A stretch of DNA of 64,000 bases from a virus, in the IMG/VR virus record IMGVR_UViG_3300045988_088194; one strand, given 5' to 3'. The notes below the pieces were generated by a model. It did not search any database, was not told where the DNA came from, and saw only the letters and a program-made list of their open reading frames with translations. Positions 40,299 through 48,805 of this stretch are shown here, piece after piece (position 1 is the first letter of the stretch; each line of letters starts with the position of its first letter). The translations under genes were made by a program, and so were the position numbers.

Positions 40299-41813
40299 TT
40301 ATGCCTGAAGTATTGCAGGTATAATTGACATTGTTCTTGTAGGGTCAAGAACACAGATTCCAAGAGTTGCCATTCTGTGGAATGTTGCTGAATCCTCATC
40401 ATGGCTCATGTATGGATTACCCATCTGACCAGTAAATGGATTTCTAAGACCCCACTCATAGCCCCTGAACTCTGTCTGACCCTTGATAGCACACTTGAAG
40501 ATATTAGGCTGGTCCATTGTACCAATGTACATAATGTCATACCTATATGAGTATGCTACACCACCCTCTGGGTGAAGAATCTTGTTTCTTACTGGGTCAT
40601 CATAGAATGGGTCTACATCAATCTTAACCCTTACTCCATTAGGAGCCTTATACTCTACAAACTGGAAACCAGCTGAGAGAGCATTCTCATGAAGCTTGCT
40701 CTGAGTCTTCTGAACTACTCCAATAGAGTTATTGTCAAGTACAAACTGTGTCCAACCTGAAACTGTCTTGAGGACTTCCTTGTGGAACTGAATTGCTCCT
40801 CTTTCACCAGTCTTGATAACAAAGTATCTGTCATTGAAATCAAGCTTAGATGCTGAAAGTTCATAAAGAGCATCCTCAATAAGTTTAAGTGAGAAGTGGT
40901 TGTAGTACATTGTATTGGCTACTTCCATCTGCTCAAACAGACCTGCACCAGTTTTAATAGCCTCACCTGACTTACCAAAGTTAAGGTACTCACCATTACT
41001 GTTCCTGTTGGAAACACCCCAAGCAAGTACATTATTCTTTGCTTCTGAGAACTGAAGTTCAAGTTCATAGTCTACATAGTGCATCCACATATTAGTGGTA
41101 TCCTTAACAAGCTTTCCACCTTCAGTTTCCTTAGTAATAGGAATACCTACTGCAAGCTTCTTATTAAGCATTGAACCACCAACCTTGTGATGAATCCTGA
41201 TAGTAGACCACTCATTTCTCATAGAAACTGGTGAGCTGAATCTGATGTCACCAACCTTTCTTGAGAAACTTCTTTCTACTGGAGCATAACCAATAGAGAA
41301 CCTTTCTCCTGCAAGAAGTCTTTCTGCTGGTACACCCTTAGAGTTAGTACCAAAGACCTCTACCTTATAAACCGCATTAGTTCCCTCAAACCTTGCTTCA
41401 CCAAGCACCCTAAGTGGATATGCCTCATTGAGATTACCCCAAAGGATTTCTCCATCAGCAAACCAATCTTCTGGGAACACAAGATAGAATGGAGCATAAC
41501 CAGCACCTACATTTGCATGTCCATCAGTTACAACCTGTCCATTCTCATCCCTTGCTTCAACAAGTGGAATGTTTCTCCTTGAAGAACCAATCACATCCCA
41601 GTAATATTCATTGTCATCATCAAACTCCCTTGTTGGGAACTGATTGAGGAATGTGTCAAGGGTCTTACCTCTGTAGTAGGCAAGCAGCTGCACCATAAGG
41701 TTTGTAGCCTTCTGAGGTGCCAACTGGAAGATTTGTCCAAGGTGGTTTTCCTTGGTTGTACCCTTCCAGTGCTGGAAGCCTAACATCTGAAATTTACCAA
41801 GCTTTCCTGCCAT
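40299..41813 (-). CDS. major capsid protein (putative)
   Basis: 504-aa ORF directly after an acidic coiled-coil scaffold-like gene. Size and position fit the conserved TerL-portal-...-MCP order of crAss-like phages. No alignment was run. Confidence 0.6.
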   Translation of the reverse strand: MAGKLGKFQMLGFQHWKGTTKENHLGQIFQLAPQKATNLMVQLLAYYRGKTLDTFLNQFPTREFDDDNEYYWDVIGSSRRNIPLVEARDENGQVVTDGHANVGAGYAPFYLVFPEDWFADGEILWGNLNEAYPLRVLGEARFEGTNAVYKVEVFGTNSKGVPAERLLAGERFSIGYAPVERSFSRKVGDIRFSSPVSMRNEWSTIRIHHKVGGSMLNKKLAVGIPITKETEGGKLVKDTTNMWMHYVDYELELQFSEAKNNVLAWGVSNRNSNGEYLNFGKSGEAIKTGAGLFEQMEVANTMYYNHFSLKLIEDALYELSASKLDFNDRYFVIKTGERGAIQFHKEVLKTVSGWTQFVLDNNSIGVVQKTQSKLHENALSAGFQFVEYKAPNGVRVKIDVDPFYDDPVRNKILHPEGGVAYSYRYDIMYIGTMDQPNIFKCAIKGQTEFRGYEWGLRNPFTGQMGNPYMSHDEDSATFHRMATLGICVLDPTRTMSIIPAILQA

Positions 41814-41851
41814 AAATTTTTATGTTATTGTTGTTTATTCAGAATAGGAGG

Positions 41852-42997
41852 TTAGACATCAAGATGCCAGCCCTTACCCACATAAGACTCAGGGTCTTCA
41901 TCAACTCCAGTTGCAAATTTCAGATTACCATCTGAGGTTCTTGCAGTATTGTTGATAGTGGTTTCAAGCTCTCTCAATCCCTTCCTCACTTCCTTCTTTA
42001 CTTTTCCTTTAATAAGCCCATCAAGGTTCTTGAAGCCATCAGTAAGAGTGTATATGAGACCTACATTCTTAAGAAAATCAAGTCTATTATCCATCTCATA
42101 CTTTTGTAATGCTGTGAAGAGTTCTCCTGTTTCAGGGTCCTTATAGACAGGCTTACTTATATTATCAAAGACCTTCTGTCTTGTAGCCTTGTCAATCTGG
42201 AGCTCTCCAAATACCTTCTCCTCTTCAAGTATGTTCTTCTTGAGAGTTTCAGCATCCTTCTTTCTCTCCTCAACCTCTTTTTCTTCTGCTTTCTTAGCCT
42301 CCTCTACTATAGAGTCATAAGAGTTCTTGAAGAACTCCTTATTGCTCTTTAGAGACTCTTTGGCATCTTCTATATCAGTGCCTGCATCAAAAGACTTCTT
42401 TACTTCCCTTTGAGCTCTTTCCTTAGAGTAACCTCTATTGATAAAGTCATTATAGATGAGTTGTCTTCTTAACTGTTCACCCTGTTCTGACTCATCTGAG
42501 ATATTCTCATCCTTGATTGAATCAAGATAGTTGAGTGTTCTCTCATACTTTTGGACTTCAGAAGGTTCAATTCCAGCATTCAATGCTTCATCAATCCTCT
42601 TCTGTCTTTCATCAAACTGGGCAGAAACTTCATCTCTTATAGCCTGGGCAAAGGACTCTGCATCCTTTATCTCCTTGGCTTTATCATCATCAAGGTTCTG
42701 GAAGATACCATCTTCTTTCAAGGCACTGGCAATGGAAGAGTAGAAGTTGGTTTTGGGAGAAGTACCAGACCTATCTGGTATGGTATCTTCCTTTCCTTGC
42801 TTATCTTCTTTTCCACTACCTACGCTCTCTGATTCAAATAAATCTTCTGCATCTACTTGAACCTCAGTAGTTTCTTTATTTTTATTATCATCCTCCTTTG
42901 GGTCAGGTGGAGTTTCCTGTGTCTCACTTCCTTCCTCATCAAAGAGATTATCCATCTCTTCTGGGCTGAGGATGTTGCTTAAATCAAGTTCTTCCAT
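41852..42997 (-). CDS. scaffolding-like protein (acidic, coiled-coil)
   Basis: 381 aa with a D/E-rich N-terminus and long K/E heptad-like stretches, directly upstream of the capsid gene. Confidence 0.5.
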   Translation of the reverse strand: MEELDLSNILSPEEMDNLFDEEGSETQETPPDPKEDDNKNKETTEVQVDAEDLFESESVGSGKEDKQGKEDTIPDRSGTSPKTNFYSSIASALKEDGIFQNLDDDKAKEIKDAESFAQAIRDEVSAQFDERQKRIDEALNAGIEPSEVQKYERTLNYLDSIKDENISDESEQGEQLRRQLIYNDFINRGYSKERAQREVKKSFDAGTDIEDAKESLKSNKEFFKNSYDSIVEEAKKAEEKEVEERKKDAETLKKNILEEEKVFGELQIDKATRQKVFDNISKPVYKDPETGELFTALQKYEMDNRLDFLKNVGLIYTLTDGFKNLDGLIKGKVKKEVRKGLRELETTINNTARTSDGNLKFATGVDEDPESYVGKGWHLDV

Positions 42998-43021
42998 ATA
43001 TTCTTCTCCTTAAACTTCATG

Positions 43022-43029
43022 CAAAGATA
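43022..43029 (-). promoter_or_regulatory. -7 box TATCTTTG
   Basis: TAnnTTTG 25 nt upstream of ATG 42997, immediately after the terminator. Confidence 0.55.
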
Positions 43030-43030
43030 T

Positions 43031-43078
43031 ATACAAAAAATATAAAAGACAATAAGGAAAATGTTTTCCTTATTGTCT
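43031..43078 (-). terminator. intrinsic terminator
   Basis: Perfect 15-bp stem AGACAATAAGGAAAA/TTTTCCTTATTGTCT (43047-43061 / 43064-43078), then TTTATATTTTTT on the minus strand. Confidence 0.8.
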
Positions 43079-43162
43079 ATAAACTTTTTCACTTAGAGTA
43101 ATACTACTTACCCTTCTTTCCCTTACCTTTACTTTTCTTACAAGCCATAATTTAATCCTCCA

Positions 43163-43315
43163 TTATTTAGTAAGTACAGAAGTCCACTCACCATTAATGA
43201 ACTCCTTTATATCCTCAATCTTGTTATCATCTGTCTTAGTAACCCAGTATACATTAGTATTATCTGGAGCATACTCAGATTCTACAAATCTCTTTCTGTT
43301 TGAAATTATCTCCAT
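43163..43315 (-). CDS. small hypothetical protein (50 aa, below the track cutoff)
   Basis: Hand translation MEIISNRKRFVESEYAPDNTNVYWVTKTDDNKIEDIKEFINGEWTSVLTK. The start lies 2 nt after the stop of the upstream gene. Confidence 0.4.
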   Translation of the reverse strand: MEIISNRKRFVESEYAPDNTNVYWVTKTDDNKIEDIKEFINGEWTSVLTK

Positions 43316-43317
43316 AA

Positions 43318-43785
43318 CTACACTATTTCAAGTTCTATATTATTGCCCTTCAGCTTATTGTAGAGTTCAGCAAACACTTTCTTACCATTCATAAGATATT
43401 CTTCTGATGAAAGGTTGCCTATTCCTATACATCCCTGTAACAAAGAATCTCTCTTTGGACCATCTGCAACATGAATAAGAACACCCTCATAACCCTTGAC
43501 ATCAATTAGTCTTGGAAGTTTACCTTTACATGTTTCCATATAGAAGGGATACTTTGAAAACTTAGGGCTTATTACATCCAGGGTGACTTTATATATCCCT
43601 TTTGGTATGGCAGTCTCACCATTTATCTTCAATAACTGTATCTGACCAATGTTCATATCCTGTGTTAGACCCCTATCCTTATCCTCTAAAGTATCACAGA
43701 AATAGACCCCATCTACATACAGCTTACCTAAAGTGTAGCTATTCCTTGTTATAGTTCTCTTTATAGTCAGTTTCATCAGTATCAA
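43318..43785 (-). CDS. endolysin candidate (DUF5675/YkuD-like fold)
   Basis: GETAIPKGIYKV...GVLIHVADGPKRDSLLQGCIGIG resembles the H...GC(I/V) L,D-transpeptidase-type catalytic motif. It lies downstream of two membrane proteins. Confidence 0.5.
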   Translation of the reverse strand: MILMKLTIKRTITRNSYTLGKLYVDGVYFCDTLEDKDRGLTQDMNIGQIQLLKINGETAIPKGIYKVTLDVISPKFSKYPFYMETCKGKLPRLIDVKGYEGVLIHVADGPKRDSLLQGCIGIGNLSSEEYLMNGKKVFAELYNKLKGNNIELEIV

Positions 43786-44131
43786 AATCTAATAGTTTGA
43801 ACAAATCATCAAGCTCTGAGTCACTATAGGGGCATCTATTCTTACAGGATTCAATTGTACAGATTTTACCAATCATCTTGATGACTACACTCTTAAGTCT
43901 TATAACTTCAGACTTATTCTTGTCTACAATCTTTGAATACAAATCAAGTTTTCTGCCAAGGTCTTTAACCATGTCCTGATATATATCTAAAGAAGCCTTC
44001 ATATTAGCTATCTGTGTACTATCTACTTCTGCATTATACTTCTTCTTTGAGAATAGAAAAGTGAAAAATGCAGAGCAGAATGTAGTTACAATACCTATGC
44101 CTGCTGTAATTAATACCCCTAAATCCATCAC
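43739..44131 (-). CDS. holin-like membrane protein
   Basis: 130 aa with an N-terminal TM (LGVLITAGIGIVTTFCSAFFTFLF) followed by a charged coiled coil. Confidence 0.45.
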   Translation of the reverse strand: MMDLGVLITAGIGIVTTFCSAFFTFLFSKKKYNAEVDSTQIANMKASLDIYQDMVKDLGRKLDLYSKIVDKNKSEVIRLKSVVIKMIGKICTIESCKNRCPYSDSELDDLFKLLDFDTDETDYKENYNKE

Positions 44132-44763
44132 TCGATAATCTTTATATATTTTTCCTGTTTATTTATTATATAAGGACTCTTCTCAATTACTACTGTCTCA
44201 ATTATCTTATGTTTCTTTTGAAACAGTCTCCCCAGCCAGCACTTCTTAGGAGGTTTAATAGTCTCTTTCCTTAAACTCTGTACTACATACCTCTCTGATA
44301 TGAACTTAGGAGAGGCAATTACAGTAGAAGGATATTCAAGTTTTAGATTAAGAGAATACCATTTATCTCTTAAAGTAGTATCTATCTTAACTTCTGGATT
44401 TCTAAAAAGAGTATCTCTGAATATCAAGGTATCAGTCTTTTTGGCTTCAGATAACTGATATTCAAGTTCCTTTATGTTCTTGTTCTTAATTTTAAGTTCC
44501 TTTCTGACTTCATTCATCTTTATAATGATGGAGTCATTAATATAGTTTAACTGTTCTACTGTAAGCTGCAATACTCTTCCCCTATTACTAAGGGAATCAT
44601 TGTCAGCAAACAAAGCCTTCTCATTGGCTATACTTATTGACAAATCTTCCTTCAAACCATCTATTCTTGAAGACTGTAGTGATATAACACTAATCATACC
44701 AAGTATAAGAACAGCCACTCCTATGTATATCCAACTCTTAAGTTTCATATCTTTTTCCTCCAA
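44128..44763 (-). CDS. membrane-anchored coiled-coil protein (spanin/holin-associated candidate)
   Basis: 211 aa with an N-terminal TM (WIYIGVAVLILGMISVISL) followed by a coiled coil. Confidence 0.4.
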   Translation of the reverse strand: MEEKDMKLKSWIYIGVAVLILGMISVISLQSSRIDGLKEDLSISIANEKALFADNDSLSNRGRVLQLTVEQLNYINDSIIIKMNEVRKELKIKNKNIKELEYQLSEAKKTDTLIFRDTLFRNPEVKIDTTLRDKWYSLNLKLEYPSTVIASPKFISERYVVQSLRKETIKPPKKCWLGRLFQKKHKIIETVVIEKSPYIINKQEKYIKIIE

Positions 44764-44767
44764 TAGG

Positions 44768-44775
44768 CAAAGGTA
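44768..44775 (-). promoter_or_regulatory. -7 box TACCTTTG
   Basis: TAnnTTTG just upstream of ATG 44763 and directly after the terminator. Confidence 0.5.
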
Positions 44776-44785
44776 AGAAGTATAA

Positions 44786-44826
44786 ATAAAAAAAGCAAGA
44801 GGTTAAGTAGAACACTTAACCTCTTG
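44786..44826 (-). terminator. intrinsic terminator
   Basis: 13-bp stem CAAGAGGTTAAGT/ACTTAACCTCTTG (44796-44808 / 44814-44826), then TTTTTTTATTT on the minus strand. Confidence 0.8.
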
Positions 44827-44848
44827 TTAATTTTATTCTAATCTATGA

Positions 44849-46528
44849 TTAGGACAATGTCCAAGAATCATTAGATGTGATAGTTAATGTCTTAGTCTCA
44901 CCAGCTGCAATGAATGACATTGTATCAGGAGAGAGGTCAAGAGTTGAGCTTGAACCCTGCTGGTTGAATGTAATATCCTTAGTAGCAGTCTTACCACCTT
45001 CACCCTCAGCTGAGATTGTAACAACAAAGCCACCTCTTTCATGTGTTGTAGGGTTAAGACCAACAGTAACCTTACCAGTATTAGTCTCAAGTGAGAAGCC
45101 TTCCTTAGCAGTCTTAACTGTATAATCAGCAGAGAGCTGTACCTTATTGTCTGCTGGAGTAGCCTCAGTCCTTGTAGCACCAGAAGTGTAAGTAACTGTC
45201 TGCTTCATAGCAGGAACAATCTGGTAAGTCTCACCAGGGGCATTCAAGGATACTGGAGTAGCCTGACCAATAGTTACCTCACCATAAGTTGCAGAGTTAG
45301 CTGCCTGGTATACAGTAACTGACTTAGTAGCAGTCTTATCACCTGCACCTGTTGCAGTGATTGTGATAACACCTGCTTCAGTCCTTGCAGAAACTGCTGT
45401 ACCCTTAGAAGCTGCTGTAATAGCATCACTGTAGGTAACTGCAATAGCGTCAAATACAGGACTTGTAGAACCAGTGTCATTAGAAATGTTAACTGTGGCA
45501 CCTGAAGTGTAGCTAATTGTCTGAGTAGCAATAGCTCCCTCACCAGACCATGTGATGTTAGATGAACCAATGGAACCGCCTGATGCTGGAATATCACTAA
45601 CTGAAGGAACTCTACTTGAGAACTCAACATCACCGTAATTAATTATGTTAGCATCCTGCTCTACAGTAGCTGTTACAGGGTCTGCGGCTACTCCATTTAT
45701 TGTAAGATTAAGCCTAACCGTTGCAACGGTAGTTTTATCTGAAACAACGGTACCTTTTGAAGGAACTGTTACTACTCCATTATCCTTGTTCACAGATACT
45801 CCGTCTGCTCCAGAAACTTTGACATACCCCAATGTTATAGGATATGTATCAGAAAATATTGGGCTTACAATAGTTCCTCCGTTTGTCTTTGATTCATTCC
45901 AACCCCATTGCTGAGTGATTTGTAATCTACTATCAGGCATCACATCTCTTCCAGATGCTTCTACTAATGGATATTCAAAGCCTGAAACTACTGGTTTACT
46001 GTAATTCTTAACACCTGCTGCTTGAGTAATTGTAACTTCTTCTGAATATACATTACCTGCTGCGTTCATAACTACAGATTTAAACTCTCTAGTAGATTCT
46101 GATTTATTCTCTGGAATAGTTACAGTAATAGTGAAGTCATATATTGCAGATGCACCTGGGTCTCCATCTACAGCAGTGTCTTTAAAACCGTCCCAAGATT
46201 CATCAGTTACTCCTGCTACAGCAAGTTTAACTGGAAGGGAGCCATCTGCTGTATCGAATCTACATACAAGATTAGCAGAGTTAGACCTACCTTGAATAGT
46301 TACATTCTGTCCAATAGCAACTGCTGAATAGGATACTGTTTCAATAGTAATAACCTCAGCAGCACCTACCTGAGATACAGCTGTGGTATCAGTAGCTCCA
46401 CCTGCTGTTGTACCAGTAATAGTACCCTCTCTGGCAACTCTACCAGTGTAGGCAGCAGCAGTAATTTCACTTGAGCCATTCATGGAACCTTCTGTGGTTC
46501 CAATAGTAATCCATTTTGGTTTAGCCAT
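44849..46528 (-). CDS. BACON/Ig-like repeat surface protein
   Basis: The N-terminus KPKWITIGTTEGS...VAREGTITG is the second half of a BACON domain. There are internal ...TVYQ / ...FNQQ repeat ends. The C-terminus FIAAGETKTLTITSNDSWTLS is a first half. Confidence 0.7.
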   Translation of the reverse strand: MAKPKWITIGTTEGSMNGSSEITAAAYTGRVAREGTITGTTAGGATDTTAVSQVGAAEVITIETVSYSAVAIGQNVTIQGRSNSANLVCRFDTADGSLPVKLAVAGVTDESWDGFKDTAVDGDPGASAIYDFTITVTIPENKSESTREFKSVVMNAAGNVYSEEVTITQAAGVKNYSKPVVSGFEYPLVEASGRDVMPDSRLQITQQWGWNESKTNGGTIVSPIFSDTYPITLGYVKVSGADGVSVNKDNGVVTVPSKGTVVSDKTTVATVRLNLTINGVAADPVTATVEQDANIINYGDVEFSSRVPSVSDIPASGGSIGSSNITWSGEGAIATQTISYTSGATVNISNDTGSTSPVFDAIAVTYSDAITAASKGTAVSARTEAGVITITATGAGDKTATKSVTVYQAANSATYGEVTIGQATPVSLNAPGETYQIVPAMKQTVTYTSGATRTEATPADNKVQLSADYTVKTAKEGFSLETNTGKVTVGLNPTTHERGGFVVTISAEGEGGKTATKDITFNQQGSSSTLDLSPDTMSFIAAGETKTLTITSNDSWTLS

Positions 46529-46550
46529 AAATTAAATTTAATTTAATGTT

Positions 46551-46576
46551 TTTTAAAAAGGGGAGTAACACTCCCC
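46551..46576 (-). terminator. intrinsic terminator
   Basis: Stem GGGGAGT/ACTCCCC (46560-46566 / 46570-46576), then TTTTT on the minus strand. Confidence 0.7.
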
Positions 46577-46594
46577 ATAAATTATTAACAATTA

Positions 46595-48193
46595 TTATTG
46601 AATACTCCAAGAAGTATTAGAAGTAATTTGCACTGTTTCCTTTCCTCCCTCTGCACTAAATTCTAATGAAGATGGAACAATTTCTAATTGTTCAGGCTGT
46701 TTTTCTTGCTGTATAGTAGGAATATCAGAGTCTGCCTTAAGAGTTGTAGGAGCAGCTGAATTACTTGCATTACATCTGATAGTAGCAGTTCTCTGGGCTA
46801 AGTTTGTATTTTCAGACCAAGTGAATATTCCATTACCTTTAGAGGTAATGCCTTCTCCCTGTACTACCATCCATAGTGTACCAGTACTGTCAGAAGTTAC
46901 ATCCCTTATTTCTGTAGAGTTATCACTGTATCTAACAGAAACCATTGCCTTTAAAGCTATGTCTCCTCCTTTAAAAGAAACATTGTTTATTGGATTAGGA
47001 GAAGAATCTGCTTGGGTAATTGTAAGATTATCCCAAACAATCTCTGAGACTACTTCAATGTTCTTAGTTTCAGTTTCAGTAACTGTATAATCCTCTTCAT
47101 AAGTCTTACTTACTGCACTTGATATCTTAATGTGAACCTTTGTATTATAATCTACTGTGATTGAATCCCTAACAACACCATTTAATTCTACAGTTGGTTT
47201 AAGGCTGGCAGCCATAGGCATTGGAACTACAGCTACAGTAAGAGTAACCTGTTCAGCAACTAAAGTTATATCTTTAACAGTGTCTTCTGTGATTGTTTGA
47301 GTACCACTCTGTGGCTCATAATGAGGAGCTTCTACAGACCAAGTAACTTCAGTACCATTTTTAACAATTACTGAATTTGTTACTTTACCATTTATAGTCA
47401 CTACTGCATCTAAAGGCTTCAGGACATTTATGGTAAAATTAGATTCATCACTTCCTATAACATCAAGAGCAACTTTGAAAGTGGTTGAATTTTGAACAAC
47501 TTCACTACCACTCTTTGTTATATATCCACTTTTAGATACTTCCCAAGTTACTGTTGAGCCTTTATCTATTGTAATGGATTTTCCAGTAACTCCATTAAGT
47601 CTAACTGTACAATCATCTGGAATTGGGCTTACAGTAAATGTTACTTGTTCTTTACTAAGTTCAGGTCTAAGAGTTATATCTTTATCTACCAAAACAAACT
47701 CTTCATAAGTTACATATCCTTCAGCCTGTACTTTAACATTGACTGTAGAACCATTAACAACCTGCAAAGAACTTTGCTCTATGCCATTTATAAATACAGT
47801 TGCATTAGGAGTAACTGGTTCTACAGTGAGTGTATATTTAGTAGTTAATGTACTTAGTACCCTGTTGATATCCTCTAAACTTTTATCAATATTACCAAAG
47901 TGTATATCAGCTTCCTTTATAAATGTATTCAATGAAGTATTGATTTTAAGCACCTTCTCTTCAAGAATTCCTATTCTCTGAAGTGCATCTCCAATATCAC
48001 TATTTATATTTTGTCTTACAAAAGTATAGAGTTGGTCTAAGGTCATTGACCTGTTTTTCCCATCCTTTACAAAGGCTATAAAATCTTTCTTACTAATAGA
48101 TGTCCAATCATCCAGAGGTTTAAAATCTGAATCTTTTTTACACATTGCAGAAAGCTTTTTTGATATTTCTTGTATTTGTTGTAATGTAAACAT
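46595..48193 (-). CDS. fibre/decoration protein with about 4 PEGA-like repeats and a C-terminal half-BACON
   Basis: About 70-aa repeats (..TV.ING......V.NG..V...V...GY....). The C-terminus is LEFSAEGGKETVQITSNTSWSIQ. Confidence 0.65.
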   Translation of the reverse strand: MFTLQQIQEISKKLSAMCKKDSDFKPLDDWTSISKKDFIAFVKDGKNRSMTLDQLYTFVRQNINSDIGDALQRIGILEEKVLKINTSLNTFIKEADIHFGNIDKSLEDINRVLSTLTTKYTLTVEPVTPNATVFINGIEQSSLQVVNGSTVNVKVQAEGYVTYEEFVLVDKDITLRPELSKEQVTFTVSPIPDDCTVRLNGVTGKSITIDKGSTVTWEVSKSGYITKSGSEVVQNSTTFKVALDVIGSDESNFTINVLKPLDAVVTINGKVTNSVIVKNGTEVTWSVEAPHYEPQSGTQTITEDTVKDITLVAEQVTLTVAVVPMPMAASLKPTVELNGVVRDSITVDYNTKVHIKISSAVSKTYEEDYTVTETETKNIEVVSEIVWDNLTITQADSSPNPINNVSFKGGDIALKAMVSVRYSDNSTEIRDVTSDSTGTLWMVVQGEGITSKGNGIFTWSENTNLAQRTATIRCNASNSAAPTTLKADSDIPTIQQEKQPEQLEIVPSSLEFSAEGGKETVQITSNTSWSIQ

Positions 48194-48195
48194 TT

Positions 48196-48348
48196 CTATC
48201 TTTGTTTATAAGTTACTTGCAATGTCCAACTGTCATTAGATTCAACAAGGAGAGTTTTAGATTCATCTCCTTGTGTGTTGTAATTTAAAGATTCTGGAAG
48301 AAGCCTAATATAAGAAGTGGAATTATTCTTTAATAGGTTTCTAAACAT
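48196..48348 (-). CDS. 50-aa minigene encoding an isolated first-half BACON segment (below the track cutoff)
   Basis: Hand translation MFRNLLKNNSTSYIRLLPESLNYNTQGDESKTLLVESNDSWTLQVTYKQR. The ATG is 2 nt after the upstream stop, and the stop is 2 nt before the next ATG. Confidence 0.5.
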   Translation of the reverse strand: MFRNLLKNNSTSYIRLLPESLNYNTQGDESKTLLVESNDSWTLQVTYKQR

Positions 48349-48350
48349 GC

Positions 48351-48797
48351 TCATTTAAAAATCCCCCAAACAGCTAAATTATTCAAAACACTTACAACTA
48401 TTACAGAATTTGCTTCTGAAACTGGACTCTTGCCATCCTGCCACTTAATAGTGGAATCTCCAATTACTTTATGTACTGTCTCTCCTATTGTAATATAATA
48501 AATCACTTCATTAGTAAGAGAAGGATTAGAAGTTATCATATAATCTTCTGTAAGAGCAGGAATTTCATGGTAAGTAACTCCTCCACCAAATAATCTCCAC
48601 TTTCCAGTAGTAGCATCTACAGAGTTATTAGGGTCATATTTATATGTATTCCTGTCTTCTTCACAGAATGAAATATGCCCAGGGTCAAGAAAATTCTCTC
48701 TATATTCCTTCATTTCTGCAAGAGTCTTAAAGGAGTCTCTTGTGAAATTAGGTTGAATACCTTTGAATGCTATATTAGAACTAAATGCTAATGCCAT
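48351..48797 (-). CDS. fibre-associated protein (hypothetical)
   Basis: 148-aa ORF following the fibre gene. Confidence 0.45.
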   Translation of the reverse strand: MALAFSSNIAFKGIQPNFTRDSFKTLAEMKEYRENFLDPGHISFCEEDRNTYKYDPNNSVDATTGKWRLFGGGVTYHEIPALTEDYMITSNPSLTNEVIYYITIGETVHKVIGDSTIKWQDGKSPVSEANSVIVVSVLNNLAVWGIFK

Positions 48798-48805
48798 AGT
48801 GCGTA

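Noticed and set aside
46529-46594. Read-through or frameshift joining the 532-aa and 559-aa ORFs, which are in the same frame
   Set aside because: The 66-nt spacer contains tandem TAA TAA plus three further in-frame stops and a terminator hairpin, so translational fusion is implausible.
48197-48204. TATCTTTG -7-like box on the plus strand
   Set aside because: It points against the direction of all neighbouring genes and overlaps the junction of the 50-aa and 532-aa genes. It is probably a chance match in AT-rich DNA.
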